A stretch of DNA of 64,000 nt from a virus. Lineage: Duplodnaviria; Caudoviricetes. The stretch lies in IMG/VR virus record IMGVR_UViG_3300010051_000019, positions 1,090-65,089 of that record; one strand, written 5' to 3'. Below, piece by piece: positions 45,942-52,789 of this stretch; positions within the stretch are counted from its first letter, which is position 1, and each line of letters opens with the position of its first letter. The position numbers and the translations under genes are program-made. The notes under the pieces are model-generated. The model made no database searches, was not told where the DNA came from, and saw nothing but the letters and a program-made list of their open reading frames with translations.

Positions 45942-46232
45942 CTAAAATTCATCCACTTCATCTGGACCATCTTCTACTTCGTAGTCTCGTCTCACCATAT
46001 AATCAATTAACCTATACTTCTCTGATTCCAGATAATCCTCTATAGCTTTCGGTACTTCTACCTTATCTACATATAACCACCATAAGTACTCCCAAGGAAC
46101 ATTCCTTACATCTCTTCCAGCATACATACCAAAAGTTAGTTTCATGGAGGAATCGTTTTTCCTCTTAATCTGATTCAGGACTATATGTTCCATTGATAGT
46201 GCCCTTAATTGTTTTACATAATTGTAAATCAA
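45942..46232 (-). CDS. DUF3820/QSregVF_b-like protein
   Basis: LTFGMYAG..V..VP..YL.W motif; real start probably downstream of the track start. Confidence 0.65.
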   Translation of the reverse strand: MIYNYVKQLRALSMEHIVLNQIKRKNDSSMKLTFGMYAGRDVRNVPWEYLWWLYVDKVEVPKAIEDYLESEKYRLIDYMVRRDYEVEDGPDEVDEF

Positions 46233-46509
46233 ACTCCACCTGATCTAACTGCTCTTTAAGTAATGCTACTCTTTCTTTAGCATCTGCATCAGCAGGAGGA
46301 GCATGAAACCATTTCTCCACAGGATCTCCATCTACTACAGTACCTTCATAGCATTGCCGTAAATCCAACGATTTAGTAAATAAATCTATCTTTAGCTTCC
46401 CATACTCGTCTGCTAGTTCGCTACTGGAATGAATTTGATATCCCAGTATGTATATAGGAGCAGCTAAAAGCAGGATTATAAATAGTATTTTTAAATCGTA
46501 ATTCATCAA
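46165..46509 (-). CDS. Single-TM coiled-coil protein
   Basis: N-terminal ILFIILLLAAPIYILGY, then coiled coil with two Cys. Confidence 0.6.
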   Translation of the reverse strand: MMNYDLKILFIILLLAAPIYILGYQIHSSSELADEYGKLKIDLFTKSLDLRQCYEGTVVDGDPVEKWFHAPPADADAKERVALLKEQLDQVEFDLQLCKTIKGTINGTYSPESD

Positions 46510-47006
46510 AGTCTCTCCTCTTCTTCAAACAGTAATAAAGCTAGTAAACTATACACTGCCATATCGACTAATGTATCTTTAAACCCTTCGTCCTTAACCT
46601 TATAATTTTCAGTCTTACAGTAAGTCTGGAGACGGGAATATTTATCGGCCATCCGTACACTTACTACCCCTTTCCAGGGAGATATACCTGCTTGAGCACA
46701 TAACTTTAAATTAGCTAAAGGATCTTGATCTCCAGAATAGTCATGGTTTTTAGCTTTCATTATAGAAGTAATGTTTGCTAGCTTTTGTTCAAAGCGTTTA
46801 AAAAACTCATCTTTTGTCATGTTCTTTTCCTCTTCGTAATATGGTTCCCATTGTGCTAAATTTAATATAAAAGAACTGAATATAATTTCCCCCCTATTAT
46901 TTTTAAAATGTTTTTTAATAGGATCATGGATTATATAATCATTAGGATCTCCCCAACCTACCATCCTTATTTTAGGACTTAGTTTTATTGCCTCTTCTAC
47001 TGTCAT
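46506..47006 (-). CDS. DUF1599 (Nmad1)-like all-alpha protein with N-terminal extra domain
   Basis: AKNHDYSG..P..N...G...RMADK..RL...VKDE...DTL.DMAVY. Confidence 0.7.
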   Translation of the reverse strand: MTVEEAIKLSPKIRMVGWGDPNDYIIHDPIKKHFKNNRGEIIFSSFILNLAQWEPYYEEEKNMTKDEFFKRFEQKLANITSIMKAKNHDYSGDQDPLANLKLCAQAGISPWKGVVSVRMADKYSRLQTYCKTENYKVKDEGFKDTLVDMAVYSLLALLLFEEEERL

Positions 47007-47326
47007 GGTGCTATCCCTAATTGTTTAGCTGCTTCTCTACATTTAGCTGAGGAATATTCATATATTAAATACTTAAACTGATCGTATAATTCTTGAGGAT
47101 CTTTATATAACCATCCGTTTCCCTCTGATTCTACTAGCTGTTCTTCAGTAAAATCAGCATAACTCAATCTACCTGATTTAGTCTTATAATATATTCCATC
47201 TTGTTTTACAAGTATAGATTCTACTATATGTGTAAAAATTAAAGGGTGAAGCATATCTATATCATCCCCTCTCATTCGTTCTAGTGTATAGAACTTATCC
47301 CCTATGTTGTATTTGTAGTCACTCAC
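47003..47326 (-). CDS. Hypothetical protein
   Basis: 107 aa, ATGA-coupled. Confidence 0.65.
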   Translation of the reverse strand: MSDYKYNIGDKFYTLERMRGDDIDMLHPLIFTHIVESILVKQDGIYYKTKSGRLSYADFTEEQLVESEGNGWLYKDPQELYDQFKYLIYEYSSAKCREAAKQLGIAP

Positions 47327-47511
47327 AATAACTTCTTACCCTCCTCTATTAATAAGCACAGCTTTGCAAACTGCTCCGATTTTTCCTTACCTCCAGGTAC
47401 ACTGTTTACACTGTACCCATCTCGATTCAGTATCATCAGATGAGTACCTAGCTCTTTCTTCTTTTCAATGAGGTGCGGGAGCACCTCTTCTACCCATTCT
47501 TTATTTGTCAT
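47323..47511 (-). CDS. Hypothetical protein
   Basis: 62 aa; N-terminus resembles 49260. Confidence 0.6.
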   Translation of the reverse strand: MTNKEWVEEVLPHLIEKKKELGTHLMILNRDGYSVNSVPGGKEKSEQFAKLCLLIEEGKKLL

Positions 47512-47671
47512 TTTTACCTTTACCGATAGTTTCCTGAGCCACTAAAGATCCAGATAGTTTCTTAATAATATCCACTAGCTTTATTAGAGGTATTTTTGCT
47601 GCTTCCTCTACAGTTAAGTTGAGATGATTACCTGCTAATTTTACTATTGCTGCACTTGTTTTCTTACTCAT
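47501..47671 (-). CDS. 56-aa hypothetical protein (not in ORF track)
   Basis: MSKKTSAAIVKLAGNHL...GKNDK; fills the gap, overlaps both neighbours. Confidence 0.6.
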   Translation of the reverse strand: MSKKTSAAIVKLAGNHLNLTVEEAAKIPLIKLVDIIKKLSGSLVAQETIGKGKNDK

Positions 47672-47949
47672 TTTTCTATCTCCTTTATTAATGTTAAATC
47701 CTCTAAACAGTACCTAGCTACTTGTGCAGGGTAATCCCAATCCCCGTACTTAGTTCTAAAAAACTGATTCCATATTAAGTCTAGTGCCACTCCAGCAGCA
47801 TAGTTCTTTTCTTTTAACTCTATTTTAAGAGATTCTATCTCCTCCACCAGCTCGGCCCGCTGCTTTCTGAGCTTGGCCAGTTCTTCCTCGGCGACCAAGG
47901 GCTGCTTTAAAAACCAGTCGTTCGCCATTTTGCTTAGTTTTCTACTCAT
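47668..47949 (-). CDS. Hypothetical coiled-coil protein
   Basis: Likely start MSRKL after GGAGG; C-terminal WDYPAQV motif. Confidence 0.6.
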   Translation of the reverse strand: MSRKLSKMANDWFLKQPLVAEEELAKLRKQRAELVEEIESLKIELKEKNYAAGVALDLIWNQFFRTKYGDWDYPAQVARYCLEDLTLIKEIEK

Positions 47950-48121
47950 CGGGAGCCTCCTTTGATTCCATCTCATATATTCTTTCAGCGAGCCGAATAC
48001 ACTCTCTTACGTATTGATCTTTCTTTAGCAAAATATAGTCTTGCAAAATAAGATTAAGCTTTTTCAGCTCCTTAATCTCATCCTTCGCAAGCATATACCG
48101 CATTTTAAAATCCTCACTCAC
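47942..48121 (-). CDS. 59-aa hypothetical protein (not in ORF track)
   Basis: GTG start after AAGG, fills the gap between 47668 and 48114. Confidence 0.5.
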   Translation of the reverse strand: MSEDFKMRYMLAKDEIKELKKLNLILQDYILLKKDQYVRECIRLAERIYEMESKEAPDE

Positions 48122-48410
48122 CTTGCACCTCCTTCTGTTTAATAAGATTAATACTCGCTTGCAATTTCATAACCTCTTTTTCTAAAAGGGTCAGGGCCTC
48201 TTTCTTCGCGTCTTCTAAATCTTTACTGTCTAATACATCTTTGTATAGGAGATTGGGATAAGTAGAGAATACCCAATCATCAGCGTCATAATCTTTATGA
48301 CGAGTAATCGTAAGACCGATGACTCCTAACTGTGCTTGGAAAGTTCTTGGGATGCGTTCTTTATCGCTCTGACTATATGATGTGACATCTTGCCATTTTA
48401 TTTCTCTCAT
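48114..48410 (-). CDS. Hypothetical protein
   Basis: Likely start MREIKWQD after GGAG. Confidence 0.65.
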   Translation of the reverse strand: MREIKWQDVTSYSQSDKERIPRTFQAQLGVIGLTITRHKDYDADDWVFSTYPNLLYKDVLDSKDLEDAKKEALTLLEKEVMKLQASINLIKQKEVQGE

Positions 48411-48595
48411 TCTGCTTTCTCCTTCTCTTTCAACTCCCAACCGTCCGGCAGTAAGGCGCGGATGAAGGGGAGGAGCGTAGACTTGTCTACATAGATAGTT
48501 TCGAGCTGGTGCGGCCCTGTCTGCTGCAAAAAAAAAAAACTCTTAGGCGTTTCGGTTATTTTAATTCGCGGCTTTGTCGCTTGCTCAATTATCAT
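48407..48595 (-). CDS. Hypothetical protein containing a T12 homopolymer
   Basis: 62 aa; A12 on + strand at 48528-48539. Confidence 0.55.
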   Translation of the reverse strand: MIIEQATKPRIKITETPKSFFFLQQTGPHQLETIYVDKSTLLPFIRALLPDGWELKEKEKAE

Positions 48596-48995
48596 GCTTC
48601 ACCTCGCACAAGCTCTGCGTATAACTTACTGACCAAAATTCAAGCGGTAAAAAAGATAAGTCGAAAGCGTCGGGGTCTAGTCTCGCGTATGGAAGCGCTC
48701 CATCCCAACATTTTATTTCTACTGTGGGTTTGCTCTCGAACCAGAAAACGGCACTGTCTGGATCGCGCACCACAAATCCCGCCTTCAACATCCGAGGCCA
48801 GACTATCCCCTCTTTCCACGAACGACGGCGGCGAAAGGTAGGCCATTTCGTGCTATAACCAAAAAGGCCCCCTTCTAGTTTAGCATCAACAATTTCGCCT
48901 TGACTTAAAAACTTATCCCCATGCTCAGGTGGCACCACCCCCAAATATTCCCACTCCGATTCATCCAGATCAACTTCAATTTGAATTTTCATCAT
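48585..48995 (-). CDS. Hypothetical protein (paralogue of 51780)
   Basis: I.WP...K.G..V.D.D shared with 51780. Confidence 0.65.
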   Translation of the reverse strand: MMKIQIEVDLDESEWEYLGVVPPEHGDKFLSQGEIVDAKLEGGLFGYSTKWPTFRRRRSWKEGIVWPRMLKAGFVVRDPDSAVFWFESKPTVEIKCWDGALPYARLDPDAFDLSFLPLEFWSVSYTQSLCEVKHDN

Positions 48996-49179
48996 TTTTG
49001 CCCCACTCCCTTACTATTATTGTTTGACAGCTTTCGTTCGCAACTTGAGTCTTTGCCAACTCAAGCAAGGTAACAAAGCTAGCGTGTAATATATGTTGAT
49101 CTTTGCAAGTTAAGGCGTGCCTAAATTCTTTGTTCTGCATTAGCCTGCAAATGTATTTAATTGTTATTTTCGCGCTCAT
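48976..49179 (-). CDS. Hypothetical protein
   Basis: 67 aa, GGGAG RBS. Confidence 0.55.
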   Translation of the reverse strand: MSAKITIKYICRLMQNKEFRHALTCKDQHILHASFVTLLELAKTQVANESCQTIIVREWGKNDENSN

Positions 49180-49188
49180 AGCTCCCCC

Positions 49189-49263
49189 TTAAAGTGTAGC
49201 AAGTGCATACAGAAAAATAAGTAACGCTATAAAACCAAGTAAACTGGCGGTACTCTCGCTCAT
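49189..49263 (-). CDS. 24-aa single-TM peptide (not in ORF track)
   Basis: MSESTASLLGFIALLIFLYALATL, ATGA-coupled to 49260. Confidence 0.45.
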   Translation of the reverse strand: MSESTASLLGFIALLIFLYALATL

Positions 49264-49472
49264 AGCATCCCCTCTATCTTAAATTCCTCAATAGCAACCC
49301 GCCTTAACTCGGTAATTAAAGCGTGCTTCTCTATCAACCCTTCGTGCGCTAGGCGCTCAATGCTGCATTCTGGTATTGGCTTGTCCTCTGTCATGGCGAA
49401 ATACTCAGACAAGTTCATCAGCTCTGATTCCAGAATCGGCAGGGCTTGTTTTATCCAGTCGTCTTTGGTCAT
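49260..49472 (-). CDS. Hypothetical protein
   Basis: 70 aa in tightly packed operon. Confidence 0.6.
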   Translation of the reverse strand: MTKDDWIKQALPILESELMNLSEYFAMTEDKPIPECSIERLAHEGLIEKHALITELRRVAIEEFKIEGML

Positions 49473-49679
49473 TTAGGCATACTCCAATAAGGTTTCGGCT
49501 TTATCGGTTAGTCTCACGCAGTTGATACCCCCTTCTAGCTTATGCTCTATGAGCTCTCCTATCTGATTTTGTATGATCTTAGAAAAAATCACATCACTGC
49601 ACTTGCTCCATCCCTCAATATCTTTTGGGCTTCTCTGTACTAATTTAAGCGTGTTTAGTAGTCTTTCTTTATTGGTCAT
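49473..49679 (-). CDS. Conserved phage hypothetical protein
   Basis: LV.RS....GW...S pattern; GGAGG RBS. Confidence 0.6.
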   Translation of the reverse strand: MTNKERLLNTLKLVQRSPKDIEGWSKCSDVIFSKIIQNQIGELIEHKLEGGINCVRLTDKAETLLEYA

Positions 49680-49957
49680 CCTTCCTCCTTATCTTCTCTT
49701 TCCGTTAACTCCATAATCCGCTTATAAAGCATATCAAAGCTGCTCGACTCAATGCACGCTGCTAGCATCTCGGATTCTAGTTGCTCGTACTTGCGTTGCC
49801 ATGTGAGTACTTCTTCTTTCAGTTCTTGCAGGTGCTTTATTATTATCGTCAATAAGCTAACAAACACCTCTTTGCCACTCCCCCAGACTTGCAGCTTACC
49901 AGTTTCAGCAAATGATAAGTTGCGGCTATATAGCTCTATGAGCGCGTCCAGCTTCAT
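49676..49957 (-). CDS. Hypothetical protein
   Basis: Likely start MKLDAL after GGAGG. Confidence 0.6.
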   Translation of the reverse strand: MKLDALIELYSRNLSFAETGKLQVWGSGKEVFVSLLTIIIKHLQELKEEVLTWQRKYEQLESEMLAACIESSSFDMLYKRIMELTEREDKEEG

Positions 49958-50175
49958 AGATCCTCCGCGTATTTCCATTCGATGTCATCCCAGTCAGCAC
50001 CAACAACCCAAGATATAGTAGATCCCTTAACTGGCGGGACTAGATAATAATTAAACCCACTCCATATAGCTTTAGTCCCGTTCTTCTTATCGCCTTTCAT
50101 TCGAACTAAAATTAACTTTTGTTTCTCCGGCTGTTCAGCCGCGCAGCATTTCCAGTCATTTTTTTCTTTTGTCAT
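49954..50175 (-). CDS. Hypothetical protein (DUF551-like W..C...P start)
   Basis: DWKCCAAEQP, paralogous in style to 50156. Confidence 0.55.
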   Translation of the reverse strand: MTKEKNDWKCCAAEQPEKQKLILVRMKGDKKNGTKAIWSGFNYYLVPPVKGSTISWVVGADWDDIEWKYAEDL

Positions 50176-50356
50176 ATCTCCATTCCATTGCAGATGTTCT
50201 TATACGGACAGGCATATCACCTCCCTGTTTATAATATCCATGACCAATATATTTTGCATAAAACACCGGCTGGCGATCATCTATGTCCGCTAATCTTAAC
50301 TGTACCGACCGACCTATATCTGGATCTACTAACCCGCAGTATTTCCAATCGCTCAT
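50156..50356 (-). CDS. Hypothetical protein (DUF551-like)
   Basis: DWKYCGLVDP ... WRY. Confidence 0.55.
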   Translation of the reverse strand: MSDWKYCGLVDPDIGRSVQLRLADIDDRQPVFYAKYIGHGYYKQGGDMPVRIRTSAMEWRYDKRKK

Positions 50357-50589
50357 AAGTCACCTTTTATTTGTACCTCGATTAGGCCATGATCTATCAA
50401 GTCATCAATGATATATGCTAGAGTCTCTCCGTTATCTCCATCCCCTCCAAACTTAAAACAAAAAGAGTCAGAGTAATGATGGAAATCTATTTCCCCGATT
50501 AATCTAGCTAGCTGTATGGATTCGTCTCTAACGTCGCTACCCTCTTCCCACTTATCTACTATATGTAGGTATTTTATATCTCGACTCAT
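50353..50589 (-). CDS. Conserved phage hypothetical protein
   Basis: D.FCFKFGGDGDNGE.L.Y..D motif. Confidence 0.65.
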   Translation of the reverse strand: MSRDIKYLHIVDKWEEGSDVRDESIQLARLIGEIDFHHYSDSFCFKFGGDGDNGETLAYIIDDLIDHGLIEVQIKGDL

Positions 50590-50591
50590 CC

Positions 50592-50861
50592 CTAATCCTC
50601 CTCTTCATCCTCTTCTTCCTCTTCAATATTATCCTCCCTCCAACTAGTCCTCGCCCTTTTTGCGTCGAATAGATAGTCCCTAATCTCCTCCAGTGCATCA
50701 GCAGGGAAGCTGACTATATCTCCTCCCTGATCGAAAGTTACTAGATCAGTAATAAAGTCTACCTCTATGCCTAACTGTACATTCCCATCTTCGGCAGTAA
50801 ATGTTGTTTTTAATTTTGATTTATACATATCTAATCCTTTATTTTCTCGAAAACATGCCAT
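50592..50861 (-). CDS. Hypothetical protein with acidic tail
   Basis: Likely start MYKSK; ends EEEEEDEEED. Confidence 0.6.
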   Translation of the reverse strand: MACFRENKGLDMYKSKLKTTFTAEDGNVQLGIEVDFITDLVTFDQGGDIVSFPADALEEIRDYLFDAKRARTSWREDNIEEEEEDEEED

Positions 50862-51112
50862 ACAAAAGACCCTATCAATACTACTGTTCCGATAAATTTC
50901 CTGTTAATAGTGGTATCTATACCTGCACCTGTACCAATTATCTCAATTCGTCTATCCGTATATGGTTCATCAGGATCAACCATAGCCCACAAGCATAAGC
51001 CTCCATTCTGGTTGTCTACACTTAGTATCGTAGCTCCCTTGGGCATAACTAATGTCTGATCTTCCATTATCATTAGTTCGTATTTCCAAATAGTCATTAT
51101 CCGTTCTCCCAC
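50831..51112 (-). CDS. Conserved phage hypothetical protein
   Basis: IWKYEL...MP.GA.ILSV..Q...LWA.VDP...GTG...GTV...WHVFE. Confidence 0.7.
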   Translation of the reverse strand: MGERIMTIWKYELMIMEDQTLVMPKGATILSVDNQNGGLCLWAMVDPDEPYTDRRIEIIGTGAGIDTTINRKFIGTVVLIGSFVWHVFEKIKD

Positions 51113-51783
51113 TCTCTATATAAAGCTGCTTTCATAACTTTACCGGCATACTCTTTACTCTCAGTAGTCTGATACATTCGATTAATACCAGCGTTATATT
51201 CAGTTAGTGCTCGGACGATATCGCCTTTCTGACTGGCTAGCATTTGATCCCACCACCATACTCCACACTGTATGTTAGATATTTTATCAAAAGCTGCTTT
51301 ATCAACCAGTCCACACTTCTTTAGTGTGTCAGGCATAAGTTGCATTAATCCAGCAGCTCCCGCTTTGGACACAGTGTATTGATTGTCTCTTGATTCTACC
51401 CAAACTAATCCACGGATGACTGGAAACAGCTCATCAGGTAAGCCATTTACTTTCATTTCTCGTTTGATTAATCCATCAATAGAATCGTCCAAAACCATTT
51501 CAACTGTTCCGGTAGGGATCTGATACCCATGTTCCCTGGCGATATAGCCGACACTAGAATAGTAAACTGCCTCAGCTTCCTCTAATAATCGCTGCTCAGC
51601 ATACAGATAGCCTCGACTCAAGCCCCCTAAACTGACCATTAGGCCAGCTAGAACTACTGTAAGGAAGAATATTGCTGCAACTACGTAACCACTTATTAAT
51701 GCGGTTACACGGAATATTGACTGCCTTAATGTTCTAGGAGCTATATTAGTAATTACTTTTTCTAATTCTTTATTTGGTTTCAT
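51097..51783 (-). CDS. Membrane-anchored lytic transglycosylase (SLT domain)
   Basis: VES (catalytic E), AGAAGLMQLMP.T, NI..G, AL..YNAG; N-terminal TM helix. Confidence 0.9.
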   Translation of the reverse strand: MKPNKELEKVITNIAPRTLRQSIFRVTALISGYVVAAIFFLTVVLAGLMVSLGGLSRGYLYAEQRLLEEAEAVYYSSVGYIAREHGYQIPTGTVEMVLDDSIDGLIKREMKVNGLPDELFPVIRGLVWVESRDNQYTVSKAGAAGLMQLMPDTLKKCGLVDKAAFDKISNIQCGVWWWDQMLASQKGDIVRALTEYNAGINRMYQTTESKEYAGKVMKAALYREWENG

Positions 51784-52043
51784 TTAGCTACCCCCTTCGT
51801 TACTCTACTATTCTCCCAATCCAGCGATAAATATTTTTCAGTAATGAAGTTATCTGGGATGTGGAAGAAATACTGAAGTTTAATTAGATAGATACCTGGT
51901 AATACCGGAATCCAGTACCCTAGTGTTGTGTCGATATCCACTTCAGAGAAACAATCACTCAGTAGGATACTCCCATCTTTATCCTTCACAATAGTTACTC
52001 CGTCCTTCATCCAGTCCGGCCAGTTTATTAGATTCTCCATCAC
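51780..52043 (-). CDS. Hypothetical protein (paralogue of 48585)
   Basis: INWPDWMKDG.TIVKDKDG. Confidence 0.65.
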   Translation of the reverse strand: MMENLINWPDWMKDGVTIVKDKDGSILLSDCFSEVDIDTTLGYWIPVLPGIYLIKLQYFFHIPDNFITEKYLSLDWENSRVTKGVAK

Positions 52044-52243
52044 TTCGCCTCCTTCTCAAGTTCTATAAATATAGAAACTACTGATTTTATCTCGTATCTC
52101 CTACCCATGTAATACTGATTATCAGGAATTCTATGGATGTAATTATTCATTACCCTTAACCGATCTTTAATCTCTGCTCTAAGAGTTAAGTAAGCAGACT
52201 TATAATCTAAGTCTGCTGGTGGTTTTTGATTAAATCGACTCAC
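52040..52243 (-). CDS. Hypothetical protein
   Basis: 67 aa, ATGA-coupled. Confidence 0.6.
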   Translation of the reverse strand: MSRFNQKPPADLDYKSAYLTLRAEIKDRLRVMNNYIHRIPDNQYYMGRRYEIKSVVSIFIELEKEAK

Positions 52244-52437
52244 TTCGCCACCTCATCTAATAATGATTGTAGAGCCGCACGATCATTCTCTGTCAGCTTC
52301 TCAATCACTTTACGTTTATTGTAAGCGTGATGAGTACCTTCTGGTCCAATAACAAAACCAAACGGTCCGGTGCATGCACTACAAGTTAGTGCTAGACAAA
52401 TTATTACAATTATGTTACAAAGTTTTACAAAGGTCAT
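52240..52437 (-). CDS. Possible lipoprotein
   Basis: Hydrophobic leader ending LTCSAC. Confidence 0.5.
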   Translation of the reverse strand: MTFVKLCNIIVIICLALTCSACTGPFGFVIGPEGTHHAYNKRKVIEKLTENDRAALQSLLDEVAK

Positions 52438-52520
52438 GGCGTTTTCTCCAACTTTTACGTTTATGGGTTAACCTATACCATACGGGGGTTTAGTCATGTT
52501 TTCCTCCGCATGGCCTTTTA

Positions 52521-52724
52521 TTAGTTATACTCGTAATCAGAGTATTCTTTCCTCATCTCCGGTACTTTAACTGACACTACATAGTTGAGTTTCATGGCAC
52601 TAAAAGCACTTCTAGGAAGTATGATTTTAGCTTCACATGATTCACATTTAACTATGTAATATGAAGAAAATTCTAGTACCTTAACTGTATCAATCGAAGT
52701 ACATACGGGGCATTGTTTTTTCAT
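52521..52724 (-). CDS. Zn-ribbon protein
   Basis: CPVC...CESC. Confidence 0.65.
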   Translation of the reverse strand: MKKQCPVCTSIDTVKVLEFSSYYIVKCESCEAKIILPRSAFSAMKLNYVVSVKVPEMRKEYSDYEYN

Positions 52725-52789
52725 AAGAATATTTCCTAATCACAAGTTACTTAATACTTGTACTACAAGTTAAAAGCTACTGTCAAGAC

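Noticed and set aside
52468-52497. 9-codon ORF (MTKPPYGIG) with a strong GGAGG RBS, in frame with 52240
   Set aside because: Ends in TAA and the downstream gene has its own RBS; likely a gene remnant, with no evidence for readthrough or leader function.
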